From Bugula neritina (taxonomy: Eukaryota; Animalia; Bryozoa): 64,000 nt of DNA. The stretch covers positions 13,763,133 through 13,827,132 of the forward strand of contig OZ037771.1 of the NCBI GenBank assembly GCA_964035545.1. The letters run 5' to 3'. The notes under the pieces were generated by a model. The model made no database searches. It had not been told where the DNA came from and worked only from the letters and a program-made list of their open reading frames with translations. The position numbers and the translations under genes were made by a program. Shown here in pieces: positions 47,201 through 60,511 of this stretch (position 1 is the first letter of the stretch; every line of letters starts with the position of its first letter).

Positions 47201-50200
47201 TAAATTTATTTCATCACAATTCACAATACTGCACGGAAAGTTAATGAAGTTAGCTGAAAATTAGGTTGCTAGCATATTGATATACATTATATTGATTGTT
47301 GCAGTATTATTTTTTAAATTTGTTTTGTTATCAGTTATGTTTAACTTCTTCATAGAGCTGCTGTTAGACTAAGAGTAAGACATAATATTAGCAACAATGA
47401 TAATAATAATATTTATATTAAATTAAAATTATTATTAAATTCACGGTGAAGTATCACTATCACTATGAGTATGAGTATCGTATAAATTAATTATGAGTAT
47501 GAGTATCACTATGACATTAACTCAATCAATGATTGACTATTACTATGAATATGAATATGGCTTCTAATTCTTGTAACTTTTGACTGTGACGATGCTGATA
47601 CTGATAGTGATAATCACTGCCAGCCCAAGTCTCATACTCATAGTGATACTATTAGTAATAATAATTAGTATTACTATTAGTACAACTACTAGTATTACTC
47701 ATAGTTCTGATAATGATGCAGATGATAGTTTTAAAAGTTCTACTTCTACTTTTATAGTAAGCTAGATTGTATATGTTGAGCTCTACTCATTTTTTACTAC
47801 TAATTTGCTAATACTAATAGTAATAGTAATACTAATAATAGTTATAGTTGTTATAATGATAGTAATACTAATAGTAATAATAACTATTTCAATTTGATAA
47901 TTTATGTTTTATAACAGCATTATCGCTTATCATTTACATTGGTTCATAATATGCTTATTTTAATTTTGCTTTGTGTGTTTTGTCATGTTGTAAATTTAAG
48001 TTCGTATGGTTATTTAATGAACTAGAGAACTAGCCAAATGTTATGTAACGGTTGCAGTAATTTACTATTAACTCAGTGAAATTTAAAACCTAATTGATAT
48101 TACTATGACATTGATTGTACAGAGGTAGCTAAAATATACATTAAATTACCAATAATTTTAATTCGCCAATACACTATGAGTAGAACAATCAAATGCAATG
48201 ATAGAAAATTAATTAGTCATAGCAGCCCGTTGCTTGAGGAACATTGAGCTGCAGGTCTAAAATGATGTAGTTTTGTGATCCCTTATATAACAAAATAATT
48301 TTTTCAAACTGGTTTAATACTTTTATTATAAACACGCTTATCAAAGTAACATGTTTTTGATGTATATTCTATTAAAAAAGCAATCACATCAGGTTTTCAA
48401 TTTGTATGTTGTACAGAGTTTATTATGGTGACAAGTTACTAAATTATATGGTTCAGCTTTGTAAAGTAAAGCTGATAAAATAAAAACAATTATGTGATTG
48501 TTTTACTGCTATATATTAAATTTAAATGAGTTGAATAATATCCTAGTGCAGTGAATTAGATATTTTTTTAGCTTTGGTACACCTGTTTGTTATAGGCTAA
48601 CATTCCACCAATAGAAGAATGGTGCAAGTAGAAGAAATTTCAGGCGCAGAAAGCTAAGGAGCAGTCAGAATGCTGCCAGAGTTGTGAAGAGGCACTTGAA
48701 AAAGCTGAATTTCAATAATGACATGAAATTCGTAACATATCACCCTGGTGTATTTGAACTGACATGGCCAGCAGAGTTCTTGAAGTCACATACAACAGCT
48801 ATTTACATCATCATGGTTAGCTTAAATTTAATTCCTATATCAGTCTCTAATATATAGTTTGATATCTGCTGTAAATTTGCTTAAGGAGCATACACATAAC
48901 CAAAACTGAGTTACACTATAGTATTTGTTCTTGAATATATTTACCAAGATAAGTAGATTTGCTAATTCATTAACAGTAAAATTATAATGATACAACAATT
49001 TTTCTTTTAGATGATTCAATCAATAACACAAGACACTACAACATGGTTTTGCAGTTATAGAGTATTAATTTTCTGGCTCTTTCCAAATCTTCATAGAAGG
49101 CAAAGAAAACCACTGTCAGCTTGCCTTTATAACTGAGTGCACGCGTCTTCCACCTACAGATGATGATAAACAATTTGCTGGTGTGGAACTTTCTAATTTT
49201 GTTTACAATGAAGATAGATTATAGGACATTATTCTTTATGTAAAGATTGTCAAGTTTTGTTATAATTAAAAACAGTTTTTGTTCCAATAAATCGGTTCAA
49301 CATTATGGACATCATTGCACAAGCATTTTAATCTTTACTATCTACAAAGGTATCTGATGGACTACTTGAAAATACAAAACTATGCTCCAGATACACAATG
49401 AACTGACCAGCAAAGTTAAAATGAGTTGGAGATGTAGAACATAATATCTTGTTCAAGGCTTTTCCCTGCTGTTGGAACCTTCTACTTCAGAACACTGAAT
49501 TGAACAAACATATGTAGATGTATGAAACTTTGCAAACAATAATAATGTGAAATTAGTTGCTAAGTATTACATTGCTAATAAATACAGCATTGTGTAATGT
49601 TTTATTTAATTTTTTTTGAGCCATTTGATCTATAGGCCTGCATAGTATTTACTATATTATAACTAATAAATTGCAGACACATCATGTCAGACCAGTTTCC
49701 ATTTAAATAGAATCGTGTAGGCTATCAAATTTGTAGAAGTAAAAAACCGAATTCTTATTGAGTAAAATACTTGCCTTTTTTTTCATGATGCCTCTACTGC
49801 TAAAAAGAGAAGTTTTTATCAATACAGCTCCATCAATCTGTATCCTGATGAAGCTAGTAGTTTAGGAACATTTGTGGCGGGGAGTGTAGGCTGAGCTGCA
49901 GTATAGGAAGAACCCCAACATATGTAATCTATTCAGCACATTATATGTATATTTATTCAAAAAAGAATTTAGAAAATGCTTTATGAAGCATGAACAAAGT
50001 AAAAATTAATGCTGGTGAAAGTAATATTATTACACCCATTAGAATTACTAGCAGCTATAGCATTAAAATTATGTATTTTCATAAAAATGTGTCTAATTTA
50101 TGCTACAAAGTTATTACTGCCAAAGGTTACAAAATTTACCAGTCACATTCATGCAGCTGGCGGAGAATAACTAACTTTCACATGCAATAAATACAATTAG

Positions 50201-52130
50201 TAGCTCAATCTAAAACTAATGCGCTATTAAATGTTAGGAGTATAAGTTATAGTTATTCTAAGGAATAATTGCAAAAAAGTTACTTAGAGGAATATAACTC
50301 TTATTATAATGTAATTATCTTCCAAGATATATTACAACATCACTACTTGGATGCATACAATGTCATATTTATATTGGCATCAACATAATTTTCAATAATT
50401 TCCAATCTATTAACTTGAGCATTATGATTGTGATTATTTTATAAATAAGGCGATGATTAGGCACTGTTGGTATTTTGGTTCAATTTATTAATAGCTGTAA
50501 CAGGCAGAGTTGTAAATATAATGGATATATCAAAATTCCAATGGGTATAGTACTCTAACACAACATTGATACTAATAATTGTAGCCACTTACTCTTAGAG
50601 TTAGTGAATAATGATACAGTCATAACAATCTGAATTTCAATCAGCATTAGAGATAGGCTGACTGCTTTATAATATTATAGTTATGTCAAATTGAATTTAT
50701 TCACTATAACTATAAAATTTATGATTATAATTATAAATTAAAATAATTTAAATATTATATAATATATTGATAATTATTGGAATCATAATTATATTTATTG
50801 TTATGATCATTATGATTATAATTATTTAATATTATCTTTGTTTGTATTTAAAGTTGTTCCTTAAATTTAAAGTTGTTTAAGTTTTATAAATTTATTATAA
50901 TTATATTACTGTATAAGTATTGCTATTAGTATTAGTATAATTAAATTATTATAATTTATATTTTATTATTTATATTATTATTTATTTTACTTTTTATTTT
51001 AAGACCAGCAGTTCAAATTAATACTTGTGTCGTTTGTTTTATATTATAACTTACAAGTATAACTATTAACATAATAATTTTACATTTGTTATTAGTATTA
51101 CTATGAATATAAATATTTATATTAATATAAATATAGCTATTGGTATAACTTATACTTATAGTTATAACTAATATTATAAGTATTAGTTTCGAAACTGATT
51201 CTGCTCCGTAACATTAACATACTGATACTGTCATATGATTATCATTATGACTGATAATAGTATTAATAAATATAACCATTGAATATTATTAATAATAGTT
51301 CACCAATAGGCGACAGTCATAGACTTAGAGTTAGAGTGAGAGTCATAGAAATAGTGATAGACTAGTGATACTCATAGTCATACTGATACTGTGATTCAGT
51401 TTCAGTTTCACTGATTCAGTTACAAATTTTAAAACTTGGTTTTACGTAGACAACTACTAACCTATAATTCATCACAAAACGGTTGAAAATCATCATTTAC
51501 TGCATATTTAAGAGTAATTTTCTGGTAGTGTGGTCGACATGATAATTGAAATTAAAATAGGGAAAATAATTATTTTGTGATTTACAGCAAGTTACAAACT
51601 AGCGAAATGGAATAGTCCATTTGAAAACAGTCAAATTAGTTACCTTTCTTGATGTTGCGTAGCTAACGTTAGTTATTAGTAGCCGCCCGAAGAGTAACAT
51701 TCATGTGATTTGAACTACGAATAACGAGAATCTGTGACAAACCCGCTTCTTAATAACTTTACGCGATATAAACTCACGCTACAATAGGGCTATTTTGCCA
51801 TCCCCACGTCAGAATAGGACACGGAGGGCACGCTCGCGGGCAAGTCTGGGCAAGTCCAAGACACCTAATATGACCACTTTTACTTACATTTTTGTAGTGT
51901 TTTCGTATAAGAAATTGGATAAAATGCTGATAAAACAGTTGAAAAGCATGCAAACTTTTGCTCAAATGTAATAAATAACCTGGAAGCTTACCGCCTTTAA
52001 AAGATTTAAATAATTTAAATAATTATTAGCACTAGTGTTGACATGCGTCACAAGAAATGTTGTTTTTTCTTTTCTTTAGGGATTGGAAGTTTTGGATGAT
52101 GCTACAGCTAAGCCTTGTTCCAAAGTGTAA
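44212..52130 (+). CDS. NDUFA1: NADH:ubiquinone oxidoreductase subunit A1 (MWFE subunit), 80 aa
   Basis: Exons 44212-44313 (MWYEIIPSIAVVGTLLWLPQPIMWACNKLTMNGH), 45814-45903 (VRSRDWCIDAHNHNLFYRDYRLTGNNYVVN) and 52080-52130 (GLEVLDDATAKPCSKV*). Matches the MW(F/Y)EI(L/I)P start, RDxR(I/L)xG and GLE end of NDUFA1. AATAAA at 52260-52265. The last-exon choice is by motif only. Confidence 0.85.
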
Positions 52131-52599
52131 AGCATGGCAGTGTGATAGTTTATAGAGTGTACAACTAAACCAACAGTTGAAAGGGGAGATGACTCCTTAT
52201 TAAACCTGTAATGAGCTTATGTTTTGTATGAGTGCAAGCTTTTTAAATTATGTAATAACAATAAATGTTATTTTATTTTAAAGTTACGTATTTTCAATTA
52301 ATATACAGTGAGCCCAATATCATTACAATGTAATGGTTCGGTTTTGAAGTTAAGTATTGCAACGGAAAATTTATGGTTCTGTTAGCATAGGCTGTGGGGA
52401 TCCAATCAGAACTGTTAGCCGTCTGGACAATTGTCCAATCATGACTGCTCTTGCATAAATAGAATATAACACACTGTGTGGTCAGCAATAACCTGATACC
52501 AAGTCAGCAACTACAAACAGATGCCTCCTAGCCCCATAGAATTCCTTCTCACTCCACCCTAGAGTTTTAGTACAGTTATTTTCAGATTTCACTGATATA

Positions 52600-52707
52600 C
52601 ATTATATACACATGTACACACACACCACACACACACACACACACATACATGCAGTATATACACACACACACGCAGTATACACACATGCAGTATACACACA
52701 CACACAA
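52600..52707. repeat. Imperfect (CA)n microsatellite
   Basis: Directly visible, near the left boundary of the dispanin duplication. Confidence 0.9.
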
Positions 52708-53654
52708 CTATGAATTATTTGTATGTGTTATATGAGCCAATGTTTATCTTGCCCAGGTTGCTCATAATGTGTACACCTGTAGAGAGACTTAAAAATACAC
52801 TTGTATGTGTTTTACCTGCAGTTAATACCCACCCATTACATCACCCATGGGTGATGCGCTTTTTAAATTATGTTGTACATTTTCGATCCAATATATAGAT
52901 CACCTAATATATGTAACACATGCATAATTGATAAATCAATAGTCTATATATCTCAATCACAATGATCTATAATAGCAGCCTATTGTTTTCAACACATATT
53001 TGCTATTGCTACATTTGTTTTTGTCCATGACCGTGCCATAGATACAGCTTTTATTCTCTTAACCTCTCTGTGCGATTAAGATTGGTGAAGTTCCTGGCTT
53101 ATTTATTTATCATATCATAGCTTTGAGTTTTGAGTATCAAGATAACATAAAGGTAAGTCTTAGTTAACGGTTTGTGTATTCAATTACCTGGGATCAAGTC
53201 ACTTTACACCAAGTACTACTTGGAATGCCCTGGTATTGTAGATGTTGAACGAAGTTTTTTCTTAGTTATAATTTAATTAGCTAACTAACTTGAAAAAATG
53301 AAGATTTTCTAACCGAGACTGTGGGAAAGAGTAAACATACTCCTAACCTTTGTATGTAAATTATCTTGATAATAATAATATTAATATTATATAATAATAT
53401 ATTATAATAACATTTGCTGAATTCAGAGAGTAAAAATAATTAACTTTAATATTTAAATTATTGTTAAGGAACAACTGTAATTACATCTCAAGTCTACTTA
53501 GATGGTGGGCAATGGTTTAACTTGAAAACTTGACTGTATCATTGACTTGTTCAAAAATACTTGAACCTTGAAGACAGATTTTCTTAAAAAGTATTCAAAT
53601 ATTACAAATAAGTTTAGTTTGTGATTTTATAGACAGAGTAAACTTTTGGTAACG

Positions 53655-54983
53655 ATGCAGCCTCCCCCTAATTCCACACAGCAGCCACCCACACAGCAGC
53701 CACCCACACAACAGCCACCCACACAGCAGTCACATGGAGCAGCAGAGCCAGCTGGACCAGCTCCGGTCCACGAAGGGGTACCAATGAAGGACATGCAGCT
53801 GAATTATGAGCAGCCACCCGCGTATGGCCAGCCTAGCTACGGTCAGCAGCAAGGATATGGACAGCAGCAAGGATATGGACAGCAGCAAGGATATGGGCAG
53901 CAGCAAGGATATGGACAGCAGCAAGGATATGGACAGCAGCCCGGCTACGGGCAGCAAGGATATTATGGACAAGCACCTCCCCCTCAGCAAGCCTTTGTAA
54001 ACAACACAACAGTTGTGACAGGGGCACCTACGGCTCCTGTCATTGTTAGTAAGTTATCGACAGCTCTTGCTGACAATATGCATGTAGTTTTACAGCTTAT
54101 AAGTATCAAAAATTCTTCTCTATGCAATTTATCTAAAAAGATTTTGAAAAATATTTTTATACAGCTAAAGTGCTCGCTCTATGTAATAGCTCATGGGTTC
54201 ATTTCATAGATCACAAGAAGTGTTTGGACCCCCATATTGTGACTTGCGTATATTTTTATATAGGAACAAAATGGCCGAATTTAATGAACCCATCATAGGT
54301 CAAATCTGGTCTTTTACTATCTCATGGATTGAGATTTCGATCCGCAGTTTAGTGAGATACGAAGGGAGCACCTTAACTCCACTCTATTCCACTTTGGGGC
54401 TGTATTTGATAGCGTTGCTACTTTTGTTTCTTATGACTTACAGCTCAACACCGAGTAATCCAGCCCAGTGACTGCATGGTGATGTCTGTGCTCAACATGT
54501 TCTTCTGTAACATCATCCTGGGAGCAATAGCACTCGTTTTCTCTTGTATGGCAAGAGATGCCTTCGATAGAGGTATACCATATTACATAGATTAGCCTTT
54601 ATACAGTTTATTTATTTAGGGTGACTTTAAAATCAATTGACGTTATTTGCACAAATTATATTTTTTTAGAATAGATACGATTTTGATATATACACATTTT
54701 GTTTGGTAACTTTAGTTTAATGTGCTAATTTCTATTTAAAACAAGCATTTTCTTGACTGTCAACTCTACAAACTGCCATATAGCCAAGTTTCAATGTCTT
54801 GGAAGTTGCATTGTTTATTGCTTCTCCTGGTTTTATTAAAATATTAAACCTTTGCTTTCAGGAGATGACGTTGCCGGACGAAGGAATGCGTCTGTAGCTA
54901 AAGTCCTCAACATCATTTCACCTCTTTTAACTATCATGTTTGCAGTTGTCTTGGTTGTCTTGTTTTTCATGATTTGGTTTTGA
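53655..54983 (+). CDS. CD225/dispanin (IFITM/PRRT-like) membrane protein with Q/P/G/Y-rich N-terminus, copy 1 (214 aa)
   Basis: Exons 53655-54048, 54444-54572, 54862-54983, phase-consistent. CD225 pattern [55 protein letters not shown] followed by a C-terminal TM helix. Upstream non-coding exon donor near 53153. Confidence 0.9.
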
Positions 54984-56013
54984 AAAATATTATAATTATT
55001 CTAAAGTAATTTCAAAGTATAAAGTTGTATCTTAAAATAAACCCTAACTACTCATGTTTTCAGCATTCTGTCATAATTTGCACATCATAATAATATTTTC
55101 AGAATATATTATTTATTTGACTTTTGCATTTACACCAAAACATTTTTGTCTATAATTTTCTACAATATAATTTTTACCAATTTATAAAATTTGAATACAA
55201 ATAAATTAATTTATTTTTATAGAAATATTATTTTTTATTGTTCGAAATGTTTTTTTAAAACAAATTGATTACTAGTCAAATGTTCTCGTTTCAATTACAG
55301 CTACAAAAGATATAACATGCATAGTTTACATGAGTAACTTGTATATATGCTGTAAGAATGTTTTAATATAATAATTATATTTTGAAAAGCACATGTAGTA
55401 CTATAGGGTTTCAGTCAATAAACGTGGGTGGACTCCACGATACAAAAATGCAGCCGAATCCCATTGATAATGCATTGTACATTATATATAATACACAGTA
55501 TATATGTGAAATTCTGTAATATGTCTTAATAATCAATCAATTTGTGTAAACTTTTGTTATGTCAATCAATATTCATTATAATATTACAATTAATAGTCTG
55601 CACCTGAAGCAAACAAGTATTATAATATTTTATTCTTTGAGTTTGAATGACTAACCAAAGCAGGTGTTTATGTCATGGGATGACAACTTCTATACCAATA
55701 ATTTTCACTCCTGGAACAAAGAATTGTATTTATATACAATGCTCCCTTCGTATTTCACTAAGCTTCAGGTCCGGAAACCTCAATGCAAGACAGAATGCCA
55801 GATTTAACTCACGGATTTGTTAAACTTGATCTTTTTGTTTTTCTACACAAAAGCATAAGCCACAAAACACACACATATACAGAAACGCATTGTGCAAGGC
55901 TAGCTCGTAGCTACCTTGAGCTCTCTGGCTTGAATTTACACACCTTTTAAATATGCTTTAATAGAAACATAAGTAATTCTGCTATTGCGAAGGTGTGGAC
56001 CATGGTACTCTGT

Positions 56014-56060
56014 TTTGTGCTGATGAGGGGACAAATCCCAAAACAGCTGCTGTCCACAGA
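56014..56060 (+). ncRNA. Degenerate type I hammerhead ribozyme (G12 mutated to A)
   Basis: TTTGTG(56014-19) CTGATGA(56020-26) GGGG-acaaat-CCC AAAA(56040-43, expected GAAA) CAG-ctg-CTG TC CACAGA(56055-60). Stems I-III all pair, GUC cleavage triplet. Confidence 0.65.
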
Positions 56061-56620
56061 TTGAGACTTATATGTATGCGTGCGTGTATATATAGCCTAC
56101 AGTATGCATAATAATACGCACACACTCTAAGATACTTGGTAGAACCCCAGCTAATAAATCACAGTATATTATGGTAAAGTCGCACCTGCAACATTGTTTT
56201 ATAGCTTACGATCTCCACGGATTGTTATTTTATGCTTAGCTGATCTTAAGAACTTCAAGTGACTAGTTAATACTTGAGGTATTATACAGCATTAGGTTTC
56301 CACAATGTGCACAAACATGAGATGACAACTCTGTGTATTCTATACTCTATAGTGTTATAATTTTATGTATGTACTAGAAACTAAGCTATTTAGGCTAATG
56401 AGTTTTATGTTCACAAGCAAATACTCAAATAGTACAAATACTCAAACAGTAACTGCATGGAGCATGAGTTAATCTTTAGACATATTATTTTGATGGATTT
56501 TTCTGAGATACACTAAGGCCTTGTATATAAATGTTCAAATTTGTATATAAACAAATGCTTTCCTCACCCTTGCTCATAATGTCTGCACCTGTATAAAGAC
56601 TATGCATAAAATGCACTTGT

Positions 56621-56722
56621 GAAAAATAATTGCCCCCACTGGGAATCGAACCCGAGACCTCTGGTTTGAAAGCAAGTGAGCTAACCATTACACCACGGGG
56701 ACCACTGGGTAAACCTATCACT
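56621..56722 (-). mobile_element. tRNA-derived SINE, family A (about 100 bp), with 10-bp target-site duplication
   Basis: Minus strand GTCCCCGTGGTGTAATGGTTAGC..GGGTTCGATTCCCAGTGGGGGC. Flanks ATGCACTTGT (56611-20) and ATACACCTGT (56723-32). The paralogous empty site ATACACTTGT is at 52795-52804. Confidence 0.8.
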
Positions 56723-57251
56723 ATACACCTGTATTTGTTTTATGCTGGCGATGTGTTTCTAAGTTATATAAATTTTACAATTGAAATATAATATTGATCA
56801 CCTAATGCGTATGCTATTGAAAATTATGAGTCAATATAATTAAATCATAACCATCTATAATAGCAATCTATTGTTTTCAACACGTATCTGCTATTGTTAC
56901 AATTGTTTTTGCTCATTGCAGCACCATAGATACAGCTTTTATTCTCTTGCCATATATTTTGTTGTGATCTAACTCGGTGAAATTGTTGAGGTAGGCTATC
57001 TACCATATCGTAGCTTTTAGTTTTGAGAATCAAAATAATATATAAAGGTGAGTTTTAGTCAACAGTTGTACACACCAACTGTTGACTATCCAGTCGCACG
57101 GTCTAGTCCCTTTATGCCAAGTACTACTTGGAATGCTCAAGTATTAGAAGTTGAACAATAAGTTTTCTTCGTTATATTGTAAATTAATCAGCTAACTAAC
57201 TTAATTGGAAAAATATTCCTAACCTTTGTATGTAAACTATCTTAATACTAT

Positions 57252-57440
57252 TAATATAATATAATATAATATAATATAATATAATATAATATATTATAAT
57301 ATAATATAATATAATATAATATAATATAATATAATATAATATAATATAATATATTATAATATAATATAATATATTATAATATAATATAATATAATATAAT
57401 ATAATACAATATAATATAATATAATATAATATAATAATAT
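57252..57440. repeat. (ATAAT)n microsatellite
   Basis: Directly visible. Confidence 0.95.
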
Positions 57441-58408
57441 TTGCTAAATTTATAGAGTAGATATAATTAACTTAAGCATTTGAATTATGCTTAAGTTACA
57501 GTTGTGGTTAGATTTCAAGTTCATTGTGATAGTGGACAATGGTTTACAGTCAAGGTTAACCGCAGTAAACCCATAAACTATGCTGCCATCAAGGTAAAAG
57601 ACGGGTCCTATATATACATGCTTATAATCAAGGGCTCTAACAAGCAAGAACAAATGCCTTATTATACATACAAACGTTGATGCGTATTTTATAATTATCT
57701 CTAAAAGTAGTACCCTTGAAGTGATTTATTGCATATAGCCAGTGGCCGGTTCATTTACTGTATTATATCACTTTAGGCTTGTTTATAGTATATAAACAAC
57801 TAAGTTGACTACATAATGACTTGCTCGTATAACCTTAATGTATGCATTTCATGCTATTATATATAGCTATTGGCATTTGAAATTCTTAGCTTGATAACAA
57901 GATACCACTATTAACTACATGCTATTTTTGCTGCCTATAATCAAATTTTAAACTTGTATGAAAGTTGTCTTAATTCTTAATAATTTTTTTTTAACAACTA
58001 AATTCGTAAGTTATAGTATACTGGATATTTGAAAAGCATATTGCGTATATATATTATAGCAGCGTAGAGCTGTACGTTAACAAACTTTCATTTAAACTAT
58101 AGTATAAGGTTAGTATTTCTTATATAACTTACAACTTTGCAACCATATCAAAAATAATTATTTCCTTACTTTTGGGACTGCTGTTTCTATGGAAACAGCA
58201 ATTCCAAATGCATTCATATATTGCAATCTTTTCTCATTTTTGACCCCTAAAAAGTTCTATTTGATAGATATTATGCGAATTTCATAACTTGAAGGTGTTG
58301 TATAACATATTTTACTCATTTGAAAAGACTTTAATCTTGAAGACAGATTGCTATAAAAGGATATTTGAATATTACAAATTTTGTAGACAGAGCAAACTTT
58401 TGGTGACG

Positions 58409-59639
58409 ATGCAGCCTCCCCCTGATCCCACACAACAGCCACCCACACAGCAGCCACCCACACAGCAGCCGCATGGAGCAGCAGAGCCAGCTGTACCAGC
58501 TCCAGTCCACGAAGGGGTACCCATGAAGGACATGCAGCCGAGTTATGAGCAACCACCGGCCTATGGGCAGCAGCCCACCTATGGGCAGCAGCCCACCTAT
58601 GGGCAGCAGCCCACCTATGGGCAGCAGCCCACCTATGGGCAGCAGCCCGGCTACGGACAGCAAGGATATTATGGACAGCCAGCTCCCTCTCAGCAAGCTT
58701 TTGTAAACAACACAACAGTTGTGACAGGGGCACCTACGGCTCCTGTCATAGTTAGTAAGTTATAAACCCCTCACTGATCAAATGTATGTATGCAGCTGTT
58801 GTTTTGCAGTTTGAAAGATCAAACATCATATTGCTTATATAACTTATCTGAGAGTTTTTAAAAAATACTTTATTCAGTGCTTCCTCCACAACTAAGGAAG
58901 TTCTTTCGTAAATAACGGAAAAGGTTTAGGACCACATTTTGTAGTTTATTCATGTGTGTCTATATAAGGACAAAATGGCCGAATGTAACGGATCTGTTGT
59001 GAGTTAAATCTGGTATTTTACTATTATTAAGTACCTTTGTACTCTATCCCACCTTGTGGCTGAATTTGACAGCTTTGTTTCATATGACTTACAGCTCAAC
59101 AGCGAATTGTCCAGCTCAGTGACTGCATGGTGATGTCTATACTCAACATGCTGTGCTGTAACCTCATCCTGGGAGGAATTGCAGTTGTTTTCTCCTGTAT
59201 GGCAAGAGATGCCTTTGATAGAGGTATACCATATTAAACAAACTAACCTTTATACAGTTTATTGAATTGGAGTAACTTAATTAACCGGTTGACGTTATTT
59301 TTACAAATCTTTTTTTATCATAAGATATGATTTGAAATACACTTTTGTCTGGCAACTTGATTGGTTTAAGCGTTAGAAATGTGTTAATTTTTATTTAAAA
59401 CAAACATTTTCTTGACTGTCAATTTCACAAGCTGCTCAGCCAAGTTGTGATGTTTTGGAAGTTGCATTGTTTATTGTTTCTCCTTGTTTTATTGAAGTAT
59501 TAAATCTTTTCTTTCAGGAGATGACGCTGCTGGACGAAGGAATGCTACTGTAGCTAAAGTCCTTAACATAGTTTCACCTCTCTTATCTATCGTACTCGTG
59601 GTTATTGTGGTGATCTTGTTTCTCATAGTTTTTGTCTAA
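58409..59639 (+). CDS. CD225/dispanin (IFITM/PRRT-like) membrane protein, copy 2 (198 aa)
   Basis: Exons 58409-58754, 59095-59223, 59518-59639. [54 protein letters not shown] plus TM helix. Same intron positions as copy 1. Confidence 0.9.
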
Positions 59640-60511
59640 AAAAATGTATTTCAAAATAATCTTAATCCGCATTTTTTCAAAGTAAAATTGCATTTTAAAA
59701 AAGCTTCCATTAGTTTTTTCGGCACATTTTGTCGTAATAGATATATTGTGATGTTTTTAAAATATGGTATTTATTTAACTTTTGCAGCATTCACTGATTA
59801 AAACACCTGTTGGTGTATATTATGCCCAATTTTTATCTGTTTGTAGATTTTAAATTCAAATAAAGTAATTTATTTTTATATGCACTAATATTTTGTTCAT
59901 TTGAAATGTTTATTTTTTTAAAAAGCAATTTGATAAAGTTATATTCGCATAGTAATCCCATGTCAAATAGCTACAAAATATACAGCATACACATGCAATG
60001 CATTTTACATAACTATAAACTTGTATATATGCTGTAAGAGTTTCTTTCAAATTATAGTAATAATTTGAAAGAAATACATAAAAGCCATAGCTGAATCCAC
60101 GTATATCAAGGGTGCAGTCAATACTTGGTTAGACTTCTTAAGTCCTAAAGTTCCTAAATAATGTATGAGATATATAACATATCTAAAGTTTGTATAATAA
60201 TCATCACTTACTTTGCTTAATTAAGCTCTCGTCAATCAATATTTAATATATGATGCATTGTATGCACCTCAAGCAAATGAGCATTATAACATTTCATTTT
60301 TTGAGTATCAATAACTCACGAAAGCAGGTGTTTAAGCATGTGTTATAGTATTATATTTTTTTACTCTAACTTGTATTTCATTTAACTTAAATTTTAGAAT
60401 TACCTTTTTAAATTTTATTGAAAATTTAAAAATAAATATATTTTAATTGAATAACTTTGTATATATAAAAGATAGTTTTTTATTAAAAGTGACTGCAGTG
60501 CAATATAAGGA

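Noticed and set aside
56630-56705. Possible functional tRNA genes (also 12629, 13646, 35803, 41452)
   Set aside because: D and anticodon stems do not pair properly, copies are divergent and one has a TSD with an empty paralogous site. Treated as SINEs.
53730-58733. Antisense and alternative-frame ORFs over the dispanin first coding exons
   Set aside because: Shadows of the 18-bp coding repeats. No independent splice or domain evidence.
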